Assembly: GCA_003344405.1 (NCBI GenBank)
Contig: NOWV01000309.1
Location: forward strand, 1-54,149
From: Trichoplax sp. H2
Taxonomy: Eukaryota
Length of the DNA: 54,149 nt
Direction of reading: 5' to 3'
Shown here: piece by piece, positions 27,701 to 44,619 of the stretch
How positions within the stretch are numbered: position 1 is the stretch's first letter
Layout: every line of letters begins with the position of its first letter
Notes under the pieces: generated by a model
Told to the model about the DNA's origin: nothing
Seen by the model: only the letters and a program-made list of their open reading frames with translations
Database searches by the model: none
Position numbers and translations under genes: made by a program

Positions 27701-30486
27701 ACCTGATGTAGCTATAAATACCGTTCATCAATAATAAATCAGTTACAAATCTCACTCACGGAGTGAACTCATTGCTAAAAACATAATAATTGTCGACTTT
27801 TGTTTAAGAAAGTATTGCTACTACATCAAGTTTTACAATTATACATACGAACGTACTGTATGAAACTATTAATTGATAGATCTCAGGAGTAAAATTACGC
27901 TTAGCATGTAATGCTCTATGGAGTTTCAATAACGTGACAGGATTAGAGTTGTGGATTACCAGATTTTTAGGTATTCATATTTATCGCGTTAGATATATCA
28001 ATACAACATTGTAACTTTAACTTAGGCTAAAGTGAATTCAAGTTGTATAGTATCGTGCTATTGATGAGTTTAACAAACTAATTTCATTGAGATACTTAAT
28101 ACACTCATTATACTGTAAATGGCAAGAGTTAAATAGGTTTTCTGTTTACATAGCATGCAATTGTATAATCATTATTGCGTGGCGTAGTGAGTTTACTTAT
28201 TGCTTAGCGGTTTCCAATAAAGTTTAGTAGCATTCTGTATCAACCAGTATGCATGTAATCAATGATCATGAGCGCTATGTACCGTAAACTAAGGAATAGT
28301 TTGTAATTTTGCGAAATGGCCAGGAATTTTGTATAGCTGCCGATTATAAACTATCTACAGTATACTGTACGTTAAATATTATATACACTGTATCAACCCG
28401 GTATACAGTACATACATTGTCGTGTTAATTACGCCCGTAGCAATATTATTACCGTGACTTACCATCAATCGCATGTTTCAAATATAGGTGGTAATGTGTA
28501 CTTGTTGGTATTAGAGATCCGTGTAATTCTCTCTAAAATCAGACACGTAAGTATTATGGATAAGCAGTATGTTAACAAGGTATACCAAGGTGGAATGTAT
28601 ATTACTATACTGCTTTGAAGTGTGAAAAGAATTCGCATGATGCAAGTTTTTACTGACAACAAAATGCTACTAAAATAGTTAAATCACTGGAATCTTCAAT
28701 GAGTATGAAGTTGATCTAAGGATTACAATAATTTCTTATTATGAGATGTGCTGTACATTCGCTATATCACAAGGTCTAATTGAGACTAAAAAATCAAATG
28801 GAAGCAACATGAACATTAATTAAATTGCAAAAGTCAGAGAACAGTGGATTATTCATGTTAAGCGATTGATTTCTAACAGGCATTAGAATAACAAAGCAAA
28901 ATTTTTGGAACAACTATGTAAGAAAAAATCACTGTGAGTCTCTGAGTAGTACACTATGCTTTACCGTAGTTTACAAATGGGACTAGAAGGTCCTGAGGTA
29001 CAGTGTATAATGACTACATTTATAGAGTATTAATAAAAGATGTTAAAATTTCAAGTGCAAACGATATCATTTATAGAAAGTTGTGAGATCATTTAGCGTA
29101 AGCTAAGCTGAACCGCTAAATGTGGCTTCCAAATATATTATAATTATAATATTCTTATTAGTGTCACGCTAAATAGAATAGAAACAGTAGAATCTGTAAT
29201 GTTGGGAGGTTTATCATAGTCTTTAGTCGTTATTTTTCACTTACAAGGAATAATTTTAACAAGCTCGCAACAGCCATCACGTCTCCAAGCTGTTCCAAAT
29301 CGACATCTTCCTCTACGGGAATTAATTGGTAAAGAAATTCGGAACGAACAGTATTGTAAATAGAGAGCACGAACAGTTAGCTGAAGTGAATATTTGCGGA
29401 GAATGTGAAATTCACGTTTCATTGTAAGGGCTGATTTGTTATATCGTAGTCGTATAATAAATTACTGATTTCCATGATAGACTACTGCTTATGATTACAT
29501 TAGCCATCACACTTACGCTTGTCGAAGAGATTTTTAAGTTTATCAACGAGGTTAACGGAGCCGTTAATTCGAAAAATTCCCTCATGCCTAATCCCTATCG
29601 AATTTAGTTTGCGTTAGTTAATCAGGCAAGCAACGTGTGCATGTTGTATGGATGCTAAATACAACCTTATCGTTTGTCGCGGTTGATTTATATTACGAAT
29701 TTATCATGCAGTAACATTATACTGTATATGTGCAATAAATGTGTAATAATGAGTTTGAAACCCTAAGATTTGTGATCCACCAACTCGCAATTTGAATTAT
29801 TAAAATAGAGCAAATCTCTGACGTGACACAAAATGGTCAACATAGCTTTTAACCTTAAAAGGTAGCATTTATTATGAAGCTTACTAGTGTACTGCACTAT
29901 TCATTGGACTACTGTAATTGCTCCCTTCAGGATATCTCAGGATAAATAATGTCAATAAGTACACGAAACAGCTATGGATCCAGCCAGATAAGTAATGTTG
30001 AAGTGTACATGTTTAATATTTTATATTTAATGTACTGGAAAGACTCGAGGAAACAGTCGATAAGAAAAATAACTACTGCAACTTGTCTGTAGGAATCGGA
30101 AAAATTCTGCATTATTGCTTGTGATTATACTGCAAACTAGAGACTCTAGGGTCTCTACTGTACAGTGTATGTATGAGAGTATGTTTATAGTTATCTTGCT
30201 ATAATTAAATACCATGTTTTCGAATATATTCAACAATTCTTTCAACGATAATGGGAATTTCGGTATTTGGTGTTCTGCGGAGTAAGTCCTCCAAAGAGGT
30301 GGAAAAGGTTTTAGTACCTGTAGATTGCCCATGATAGAACTCATTAGTTACCTTCTCATAATATGATACTGTATGAAATATTCTTATATACAGTAATTAA
30401 TACGTAAATACGAGTATACGTATTTACAGACTTTGTTTTTTCTTGACAAGAGGGGTAGTAATAATCTTCTTCACTTTCGTATTCAT
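15719..30486 (-). CDS. FAM13: FAM13A/B-like protein with N-terminal RhoGAP domain, multi-exon
   Basis: N-terminus MNTKVKKIITTPLVKKKQ; RhoGAP exons EIPIIVERIVEYIRKH / GIRHEGIFRINGSVNLVDKLK (arginine finger) / DVMAVASLLKLFL / RELHGSLIP / LPKPNYNLLKYLCKFL / NRMTSLALSVIFGPNFFR. FAM13 C-terminal exons KRQEAGRPADLD / EKLQLQKILLKYETHFGKP / DKEIAKPIYDRYRKLK / KKKLLQKELKHFENCFSDKNGR / KVTKLDRVPLAQQYHEYK / LLKAKITKL..AVNN* (TAA 15721-15719). Middle exons not fully resolved; the start could extend upstream. Confidence 0.88.
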
Positions 30487-30766
30487 TGCAGAATTTCTGA
30501 AGGCAGAGACAGCAACTGTATTTCGAATTTGTATTCAGCCTTTACCGTTGATACTTACACTGTACTGAAATGCTCCTATATCGATACTTTGTTACGGTAT
30601 AATAGCTCAGGTAACTAAAGTAGTAGAATTATATGAAATATAAAGCGTAGCCTATCAACCCTGGAAGTATGTGAGTGCTGATATACCGCCCATCGAAGTG
30701 TAAATGATAACCTCGGGTTTATAATGTCTTATTACTGCATACATTCTATGAACGTTTCAGGTCTTC

Positions 30767-31003
30767 TGTACAGTACAGTACACATAGCAGTCAGGTCCGA
30801 CTATACAGTACAGCGTAGTAGAAATTCCATACTGTACTGTACGATAAACCGTACAGTGTTGTACAGTACAGTATACAGTATACAATATCACGTAGTGTGG
30901 CCCTTTTGGCACGTTACAGTATCTACAGTCCTGACGTTCTAACTGTCCATTTACAGCAGCAAAGTGTACGAAAAGAATATACAGTACAGTACAGTACAGT
31001 ACA
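30767..31003. promoter_or_regulatory. TACTG/CAGTA palindromic repeat cluster upstream of FAM13
   Basis: TGTACAGTACAGTAC, TACTGTACTGTACG and a (TACAG)5 run at ~30979-31003; about 280 bp upstream of the FAM13 ATG (30486,-). Regulatory role inferred from position. Confidence 0.5.
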
Positions 31004-31493
31004 GCTTTGCATAGAGAAGTGGTTGAGACTTTGAGACTATGTGTTAGACCCTTCAAGGCAACTGGGACAGTTCATACATAGATGTTGATATTTATAAGTA
31101 CTGCACAGTAAATTTTATTGTGGTGGATTATACCGGACTCTCTCAGGTCTAGTTGTAGGCTAATAAGAATCGCAAGCAGAAGCGGTAAAGCTGGCAGTCG
31201 AACATTAATGAAAAGATTTTTAAATATTTTTATTAACTGCAAAGCGCAGCTTGTTGCTCTTTGCATCATTTTAAATTTTAATGAGTTAAATACACACGGA
31301 TTATTTCGAAAGTTAAAAATTTATACTTATGCTATGTTGCAGTATAAGTTGAGGACTAGATAAAAATTGTGGAACGTTAGGAAAACATTTGGATTACTTT
31401 TATTTACAATTTAAGTTCTTTAATTGCGCTATTGTATACACTACAGCATATCTAACTTTACGTAAAAATAGTAAACTTTCGAATATGATTTCA

Positions 31494-35023
<3,530 letters not shown>

Positions 35024-35965
35024 TTACCATGGATATTCAATTGCTGCTTTTTCATTGGTATCAACGACAGAATACGCTGGATGTGGCATGTGGATCTGGA
35101 CTTAAAATGGTTTTGCCCATTCTAATTAAACTTAAACTTATGCTGCAATACGAAAAGAACGATTCAGGTTCCTTTGACAATACGGCCAGGAAGGTACCAA
35201 AAAATGTATTAAGTTCACCAAGGCCTTTGAATAATATAATGAAAACATTACATCAATTTGTCACTTTGATCGCGTTTTTGGATCGTGTAGCGTAGCTCAA
35301 GTATCAATATTATCATCTATACAGTTACGTGGTAATGGCTTTTCTGTGTATCAAGGTTAATGACAATGCAGTAATACTTGATAAAAAATTAAAGTGTCTA
35401 CAATTACAATATACTCGTATTGTTAAAGAAGCAATATACAAACTCATGCCTACAGATTTTAGTTCTTTTATTTACAGTTAGTAATAGTACATAGTGTATG
35501 TCAATTATATTTACAAAAAATTTGTAATAAGATTAATGTTTATGATTAATTATTTAAGATTCGCAATCGGAAAAAAATGTGAATACAGTACCTTGACATC
35601 CGATAATATCGTTATGATGGATTACGTTATGACTATAGACGATCCAGAGTTTTATTACTTTTCATCAATTAGCAGTAGGCTTGTTAAGTTATTTATGTAT
35701 TTGTTTTATAGATTGTATTTATGTCTAATCCTAATAATAACTTATGTACAGTCGTGGCTAATCTGATGAATTCTAAGAACTGGCACCATCAGTTTATGGC
35801 TTATTCAGTACTGACTTTAATGTCATTGCTATTTTTTTGTGTCTGCCGACTACTGAGTTAACAAGTACGGTATCCACTTTCCTTTCAGGAGAATATTGTA
35901 CTGTAACATATACCGGAGAAGAGTTAGATTCGTTGCTTAGCAACGGCGATTGATGACCGCGGATT

Positions 35966-36393
35966 GTACTGTACAGTACAGTACACTTTACTCAGAACTG
36001 AACTACAGTACTATACTGTACTGTACAGTACTGTACATTATGCAGGGGGAATCCCTACTAAGGGATTAGGGATGTTTATGCGATAAACGTACAGTATACT
36101 GTACAGTACTGTACTGTACAGTATAATCATATCAGCGATTTTGAATTATCTTTTCCCTTCCTTCCCTTTACTACAGTATACTGTACTGTATTCTTAGTAA
36201 TCTACAGTGTGATTCACTCATTATGACTGAACTCACAAACGGTAGTAGTGCAGTACAGTACAGTACAGTGCAATGAGAGTCTGAGAGTAAAACCTTATAC
36301 TGTACCTCCAGTCAGTTCCATTATACAGTACTGTACTGTACTGTAATGTACTGTAAAGTACAGTATACTGCACAGTGTACACTGTACAGTACA
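35966..36393. promoter_or_regulatory. TACTG/CAGTA palindromic repeat cluster in the CDKL-KLHL divergent intergenic region
   Basis: Longest cluster: GTACTGTACAGTACAGTAC, TACTGTACTGTACAGTACTGTAC, CAGTACAGTACAGTACAGT; ends ~170 bp before the KLHL ATG (36566). Regulatory role inferred from position. Confidence 0.55.
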
Positions 36394-36565
36394 GTCGGAG
36401 TACTTAAGTGCCTTTCAGAAGTGAGTCACTGCTATTATTACTGTGTAATGTGAAAGTGTTAAGATAATAAAATGGATGATAAGTTTAAGTTCTAATTATT
36501 ATATATTATTTCTATTTATGGCTGATCGTGAATTGCAGCATGTTTATGATTTGATTGATTGAAGC

Positions 36566-39500
36566 ATGTCTAGCAAACTTTACAACAGTGCTAATTTTAA
36601 GAATGAGTCCTACAAGGTATGTACTAAGATGCTATTCTGATTAATCTATGCAGATTTTACAGCACCGTACGGGCGCTATACAGTACTGTATATCGAGTAT
36701 TGTGATCACTACTTTATGCAATAAAAATTAAATTAATTATATCTTACTTACTGTTAAACCAATTTGCGGGTGCGATTCTGTGCATTGAACAAACCACTAA
36801 CTTCAAAGATATACAGTACGTACAGTACAGATAAATGATTATTTGCTAAGATTGTAAGATAGCACCTATACAGAGCTTGCGTTTTGACAGATTTAATAAC
36901 TTTAGATTAGCTGATCTTCCAACTATCGATTTATATTCGGTTGATCAATATCACTGGATTGTCAGTCTAATGCGAATGCTCTACTGCTAATATGGAATTA
37001 ACGTAAATAGAATTAATTAATCTGTAGTTTATTAATATTGTGAATACTTTGCGAGTAATAGATACTGTGTATTAGATCAGTTGAAGAACTGATGACATGC
37101 ATTTTGTGGAGTTTAAAAGGTCAATCACTGGTACTTTGCTACGTCAAATTTTACTATTAGAGCTCACAAGTTCTTCTGTATCGTAATACTGTAAATGATA
37201 GATAGTTATAATTTTTACTGAAAAAAAGATCAGGTGCCAATGGGAAGTTAATAGTCTCTGACTCCTCATTCTACTAGTTGATGAATTTCTGTCCGGAAAT
37301 ATATTTAGCATATTGTGATAATAATAAAGTGGTCAGCTGCAGTTTTTTTTTATGGGAAATCCATATTTTTGTTGACATCACTGGTAATTTAATAATAACG
37401 TAACAATCTTGGTTCTTAGCTGTTCGTATTCCAACTAAATGGATAGAGTTACGGCAAAATTAAAAGTTTATATTGTATTGCTTAAGTTAGCAAATTAATA
37501 GTGTTTTGGTAGTTGTGAACACCGAACTGAAGGCAGATAATCATAAAAGTAATAAATTTCTTACGCGATGTGCATGTACTGTACAGTATGTCATATTATC
37601 GTGAGATCACATGTATACGTTAGATACTAATATCTACAACAACGGTCAAAACATATAGCGCAAACTGCACTTGCTATATGTATAGCTTAGTTGTTGCCAT
37701 GGAATATATTTTAAAGATTGTCTTTTAATTTCTATAGGCTATTTACTCCCTTTGGAAGGAACGAAAATTGTGTGACGTGACAATATATTCAGGGAATAAA
37801 AAGATAGAAGCGCATCGAATTATTCTTGCCGCTTGCTCTCCGTATTTTTGTGCGTTATTCACGTCCAATTTAATTGAATCAGGACAAGCGAGTGTAACAC
37901 TACACGAAATTGATGCGGATGCTTTAGAAGTTCTTATCCATTACGCTTATACTGCAGAAGTGGAAATTTCGGAGGCCAATGTCCAGGTTATAATGTACAG
38001 AAGATCTTTCATCTATGGCACGTTTTGATTATTAATCCCATATGCAATTAGTCAGTCAATTTATAGTTTATCAGTTATCTAAGCGATGCCATTCAAAATT
38101 TTTGTGCGTTATTTGTATAATTACTAAATTCGAGATATATGGAAATGCTGAAAAAGTTATGTTTTACAACAGTTTTGGATATATACATATCTAACTGCGT
38201 GGGTCCCCAACAAAAACCATATGTAGAACCTACTCATATGGTTTAAGATCTGCAGTAGATTTCTTCTTTTTAAAAATTGGAGTTTAATATTTTGAATGCA
38301 TTGATAACGTTGTCAAAGTATTACGTAGCAGAGTACTTCCGATTATTTAGTCCTCTAGTGATAATGCCTGGATTCGATTAAACATTTCAGGCTCTACTTC
38401 CTGCGGCAAGCTTGTTACTGCTCCATGATGTACGAGAAAATTGCTGTGAATTTCTTCTTTCTAAATTGCATCCTTCGAATTGTCTTGGGTTCCGCCGTTT
38501 TGCCGACGTTCATTCTTGTCATGATCTCAAAGTAAAAGCGCATAATTTTGCATTAGGTACATTTACTGAAGTGGTAGAATTTGAAGAGTTTCTGAATCTA
38601 CCATTAAGTGAAATCTGTGAGTTGGTTTCGGATGATGGAGTACGGGTGGCTTGCGAAGAGCAGGTTAGTTGTAAGCTCCTTCAAAATGTATGCTGCTTGA
38701 ATTTAACGAAGCTGCACGCGATATAAGATTGTCTCTCAACTTTGCGTAGGATAAAATAGCCGTTAAAGTGCGTGTAGTTGCTTGATTTTTAACATTAGAT
38801 CCTTCGCTATTAGCCTAAGTGACTAATAGACATCGTTAATAAAATGATCTATCTACTTCAATTTCGAAAGATTTTCGAAGCTGTGTTGAAATGGGTTCAG
38901 CATGATATTGCGCATCGGAGTGTCCATATGGCTGAATTATTTAGATATATTCGTTTGCCTTTGCTTCCTAAAGAGTATCTTGTAAATTTAGTGGAATCGG
39001 AGTTACTAAACGGTAGTAACTTAGAATGTAAAGACTTCCTAATTGAGGCTATGAAATTTCATTTACTCCCTAATCATCGGCGTGTTTCCTATCGCTCTCC
39101 GCGTACTAGGCCTCGTAAATTTTTTTCTAGTACCACGGTTAGTGGGGACGGATTTCTAACATTATCACGCATTTAGAAGTACTGTACATAGTTCGAATAA
39201 AATTGAATAAATATCAGAGAGGCACATTCAATTTTTGTCTAGGTTATGTACGTGATTGGCGGACAGGCGCCGAAAGCGTTAAAAGGTGTTGAACGGTTTG
39301 ATCGAGAAAGTAATAGTTGGACCGATGTAGCGCCAATGACGAGCCGCAGATGTCGCGCTGGTATGTGTATATGTACAAGTACTGTATATCCGTCGGCTTC
39401 GGTCCAATCACTTGTCATATTCACTTTGATTGATATGTATTCCAAGATATGGTATTAGTTTTGTGGATGTTCAGTAGTTCGTAATTATTTCTATTTCTAA

Positions 39501-40729
39501 AAATAGCTATATAACTGTGATAATGATAGGCGTGACAGTGGTTGATGGATTGATATATGCCGTTGGTGGTTTTAATGGTTCTTTAAGAGTCCGGACTGTC
39601 GACAGTTATGATCCTATTAAGGATCTTTGGCAGCCGGTAGCTAGTATGGAATTGCGTAGGAGTACTTTAGGTTAGTTCCTTGCTTGATTATCTAACTGTA
39701 CGGATTGTTAAATGATATTAATGATTAAATTTGTTCTTAGGTGTTGCAGAATTGAATGGCTCCATTTATGCTATTGGGGGATTCGATGGCGCTACTGGCT
39801 TGAATAGTGCCGAGTGTTTTAATGTCATTACGAACTGCTGGAAAAATATCAGTCCAATGAATACGAGGCGTAGTAGTGTTGGTGTAGCTAGTTTGAATAG
39901 ATATATATACGCAGTTGGTGGGTATGACGGCTCATCAAGGCAGTGTTTAAATTCGGTTGAGCAATATGATCCTGCACTAGACGAGTGGAGATTCGTTCGT
40001 GAAATGAAAGTAAGGCGAAGCGGTGCAGGAGTTGGTAAGGATGTTCGTTTGTGCCTTAGGGTTAGGGTTAATCCTTAAAATGCTCATCCGTAACTGACCT
40101 AGATGTCAGTGCATTGGTTTTGAATTCTGATAAATACGATTTAGAATTAATATCGAGTGTTTGTAAATATATTCAAGTGCAAACTTCGTAGTATGCCGGT
40201 AAACTCCACTTTCTTTCTCTAATCCGGAATTTCGTAAATCTGTTCAGCTGTCTTAGACGGGTTACTATATGCTGTTGGTGGTCATGATGGACCTGATGTA
40301 CGTAAAAGTGTAGAGTTTTATGACCCAGCTACTAATGAATGGACTGAAGCGGCGGAAATGAATCTTTGTCGTCGAAATGCAGGTGTTATTTAGTTTACTA
40401 CTATCACACTGGATAATTTAACATGTTACCTGTATTTAATGTGCATATAGTATTTTCTAAACAGTAATTTTAACAATAATTTTCTAAATGTCTTCGCATA
40501 AATTATAGCTGTTACCACTGTTGAGGGCTTGTTATATGTTTTTGGAGGTGATGATGGATCCAAAAATCTAAACTCTGTCGAGTTCTACGATCCGTTTTGC
40601 AACAAGTGGACACTATCTGAGGAATCACTTGGAACTGGACGTAGTTATGCTGGTGCAGCGACCTTGCAGCTTCCGCGCCACCTTTCCTTACCAGGGGCAT
40701 TCAGTAGTGACTGCGAGAGTAGCCTGTAG
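36566..40729 (+). CDS. KLHL2: Kelch-like BTB-BACK-Kelch protein (KLHL2/KLHL3/Drosophila kelch group)
   Basis: Exon 1 MSSKLYNSANFKNESYK (36566-36616); BTB LCDVTIYSGNKKIEAHRIILAACSPYF; BACK LHPSNCLGFRRFADVHSC, IFEAVLKWV; kelch repeats YVIGGQAPKA, SRRCRAG, YAVGGFNGSLRVRTVDSYDP, GGFDGATGLNS, GGYDGSSRQCLNSVE, GGHDGPDVRKSVE, GGDDGSKNLNSVE; stop ends 40729. Confidence 0.92.
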
Positions 40730-42193
40730 CAGCCATATATGAGATTGAGAGAAGTGGTTACTAATATTTAATATTAATATTAGGTTTCCAGAATATATTA
40801 TTAGTACTTGATGACAAGCGTATCTAATCATTTGTCAGTTCTGTCAATTAAACGCGATCATTGCTGTAAGGTACTATTGACAATTTAGCTAAACGATTTA
40901 TTTTGGTACTGTATATATCGCTGCGGTAATGACATACCGTTTTACTGTTTAAATATACACGTGTACGAGTATATATTTTGAGAATTTAGTGGTTCATGGT
41001 AATCGATAAATTAATCAACAATGTGCTATGGATATTACCAATCGTTCTCTTCGATCTTTTGGATAAATAATGTTAATTGATATCGTAGGAAATGTAACTG
41101 GCTTGATTACTTTATTAGATTTTGGAGAACGCTAGAAAATAGCGTGCACGGCAGTTTTTATAGGCACTGCAAAAATTAGTTGTTTTCATTTGCCAGGAAA
41201 GTAATAAATTTAAGATAACGGAAACAGTTGCTGCAATCTCTGGAAATGCCTAGATGGTGTCGCAAGTAATGCATGTTATTATTATTTTTGATTGATTTTA
41301 AATTAATTTAAAGATTTTGCCGTGAAACAGAGTCATTCAGTACCAATTATACCATAGGTCATTCCTTATTGAGTACTGCTATAGTTCTCAATGTTTACGA
41401 AGCTAAAGCGGTTCCCCGGTTTTTAAGCCCCATCATACTTTTGCTCGGTTATAGATTTTTAATACATTTATGTAAAGTAATAACAAATTTAAAATGTAAG
41501 ATCATTAAAAGCTGTGATCAAATAGTCGCAATGATTTAACGAAATAAAATACATCCAGTAGTGTTGTATTGATACAAAGACAAACGCATTTGCAAATCGG
41601 AAATTTATTACCAATTTTTACAAATTAAAGCATAAAATTCTACAACCAATACAAAAGATAAATTTGAGACCATAAAGCACTTGCCCATCCTTTCGCAAGC
41701 AATCTGTCATGGTCTCTAAGATATACAGTAAATATTTATATTCAACGTAAAGACATCTAGCAATTACTAAGTAGTACATAGGCCGTTCTTTCAGAAACAA
41801 ATTGCTTGATTAGAATAAGTATTATGTCTGCATTAACGGTCAATTCGGTAAAATTAGTAGGATTTAAGCGTGTCATATCTCTTGCGTACTAGGGGATAGA
41901 TTTAACTCATTTATTAAGACTATCCGTACGCCGTGCATACGTGCAGATCGAAGGGTGTCAATACTACTAATAATTTTGCTATGGTATGATTGAAGCACGT
42001 TACTCTGTTGTTGTAGTAGCCGTCATTATTATCAATAGTTATATGATATTTAATAGAAAAAGCTTGTCTGTCCATTGAGTCTTAACAATTCGATATCACC
42101 TTAAAGCAAAATACATGCGACGACACAATCATATGGCATTTAACCGATAATAATAACCACTCGAATAACAAATAAGTTTACTACCATCAAGCG

Positions 42194-43912
42194 CTAAATT
42201 TTATACATATGTCTAGCGGTTGATCCAGTCTTGTTTGATGTAGCGACATGACTCTGCAATTTTCAAGGGATTATAATTTAGCAAACAGTTTGAACTACGA
42301 AGTATCAGGAATAGAAGTCCCTGGAAGTACTACTAAAATTGCTGCAATTTAAATTACAGATTTGCGTTAGACAATTGTAGTATACCTCATATACGAGGGG
42401 CGGTTTATCATGAGCGGACCCTGGAAATAGTTTTTCTTTAAAAAGACGCCTATTGCATATCGAATCACAAAAATAATCATTTATCAAATCAAATCATCAG
42501 AATAGTACTCTAATAAAGCAGAAAACAATCATAGTATACCCGATTCCAAGTATCCTGTCTTTATGAGTTGCATCTGTAGTCCAGATTGCTAACTTATCGG
42601 CTTTGCCTCTAATCTGGATGTAAGCTCCACAAATATCGTCACCGTTATCACCGAACATTTCCCCAATAAGACAAAATAGCTACGAGCATAAGAATTGTGT
42701 TATTGCTAAGCTGAATATAAAGGTAAAGATTTTAATTAAGTTCAAATTCAAAAAAACGGCAGCACAAATGTCCTGCGAATATTACAGTTTCAAGCCAAAG
42801 AGAATCTAAACTCTTTCGTCTATCCTTAGCTAGCTGTAGTAGCCATCTACCCCCTTTTTTATTTCGTTCATCTTCCCACATTGGTGAGATATTATCCTAA
42901 ACGAATCAGTACGGGTAACATGTTAGATGAGATACCTAGGTTACGGCATTGCAAATCAGCTAATAAGGTAATTAGAGTAAATTAGATAGCAAAGATTCAG
43001 TAGTATAACATGGTATGTTTCGTATCTACCATACTAACCAGTCGCTACATGCAAATAAAATGTTTAAAATTCACATTGCTATAGTAACTATCTGTATGGG
43101 ATTCACATATTGATAATTCTAAAGGACACTCTAGATAATTTCCTTGGAAAGGCTATATGTATTCACGAATATTAAGGGTTTTATCATCGTACCTTAAATA
43201 AGCAGTAATCACAACCAGCTTTCAGGTCGCTAGGCTTAACAACATGGTTAAAAAGTCTATCATGGAAATAAAGCCAACAATTTCATAATTTAATATAAGT
43301 TTTAGTGTATAGCTCGAGAAGTTATAAATTGAATTGCATTAGGACGATTATAGAGCAACTAAACACGAAGCAATTGGCGACATATTGCTATAAAGCTAGT
43401 CACTATAGACTTCTTAGATAAGCCATGGACGGTATCGCACTTACGCCCAAAAGTCTTCTACCTATTTCAAATCGGTTAAAATAATTTTGTATAAGGAAAA
43501 AAATTAATTCGCGGTTGAGTAGTAGAGCAAAAAATACGTAGGTACAGTATATCGAATAATGGAAACTTGTAAAACTACACTTAAACATACATTATCAAAG
43601 GAGGCTATTTGCTTCATGTTGTCCTCCCAACTTTTATTTTTGTCGTATTTAATATACCATAACTTCCACTGGTTTTGGAGCGGGTGCTTTGGTAGAAAAC
43701 TGCCTTCAATGTTTTTTGCATCTTTATCTTTAACAACTTTATTTTCTGCTTGCTGTACCTATTGAACATGCATTGAAGAATGTATTTAATTTATACAAGC
43801 AGATCATGCTTTACAAATAAGGAACAGAAGGAATAACAGTGACAATTATATATATATTCATTACCTCTTGAGTACTAGCTTCCTTTTCTAATTCCTGTGG
43901 CTCACATTCCAT
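42194..43912 (-). CDS. EIF4E: Eukaryotic translation initiation factor 4E, class I, 8 exons
   Basis: MECEPQELEKEASTQE / KHPLQNQWKLWYIKYDKNKSWEDN..SFDN / VEDFWA / LFNHVVKPSDLKAGCDYCLFK / DNISPMWEDERNKKGGRWL..DSLWLET / LFCLIGEMFG..DDICGAYIQIRGKADKLAIWT / RLFKEKLF..VYE / SHVATSNKTGSTARHMYKI* (TAG 42196-42194). All eight conserved Trp present, including the W43/W56 equivalents (class I). Confidence 0.94.
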
Positions 43913-44084
43913 TTCAGATTCAATATGCAGTACTGTACCACCTACTGTACTTTGCAACGATCCAATAAACCTTCAAAAGATTCAATTTAGTGTTTCAACT
44001 ACAGTGACACTGCTTCAACGTGAATTATATTTATACAGTAAGTATTATTATAATTATAGTAGAGCAGTATTGTAGTGTAAAAAT

Positions 44085-44531
44085 ACTGCGCTGTACTGTA
44101 CTTGGTGTACAACTGTATGCAAGTTCACACGTGCCGTGGTGCCAGCTGAGATTTCTTTTAATTTAAAAGAAATGCTAAAACTTTTGCGAGGTTTAAGTGC
44201 CACTGTACCGCGTACAGTACAGTACTGTACAGTACCGATGAATTAATTGCCGCGATCCGTCGGCAAGTACTGTACTGTACAGTACAGTACTGTATAGTAC
44301 GGTACGGTACATTCGGAGTGGCTGCTACAGTATACAGTTCTGTACTGTTTACTGTACAGTACAGTACACTGTACTGTAGTGTACGTACAGTACTGTACAG
44401 TACTGTACACTACAGGCCGCATAGTACAGATTGGTGCAGCGTTGTGTTTCTTTCCTCTCTGAGAGGAAATCGCCGACTAGTGTACAGTACAGTATACTGT
44501 ATACCGCTCTAAAGTACTGTACTGTACTGTA
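44085..44531. promoter_or_regulatory. TACTG/CAGTA palindromic repeat cluster in the EIF4E-STAMBP divergent intergenic region
   Basis: Core 44203-44531 includes a perfect 26-bp palindrome AGTACTGTACTGTACAGTACAGTACT (44266-44291); lies between ATGs at 43912(-) and 44620(+). Regulatory role inferred from position. Confidence 0.55.
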
Positions 44532-44619
44532 TCTAGACAGTTGTGGATCAAGGGTTTATAAATAGTTCACAACAGCCTTCGTACTTTACATTTACCGTCA
44601 TCCTGTAAGCAGATCTAAA

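Noticed and set aside
30027..30344. 105-aa minus-strand ORF as a separate gene
   Set aside because: It overlaps a FAM13 RhoGAP exon in a different frame; the conserved reading is TKTFSTSLEDLL..IPIIVERIVEY.
42305..42487. ORF-track frame as the last EIF4E exon
   Set aside because: The frame runs into an intron after ..VYE (GTATAC donor); the homologous terminal exon SHVATSNKTGST.. is at 42253-42194.
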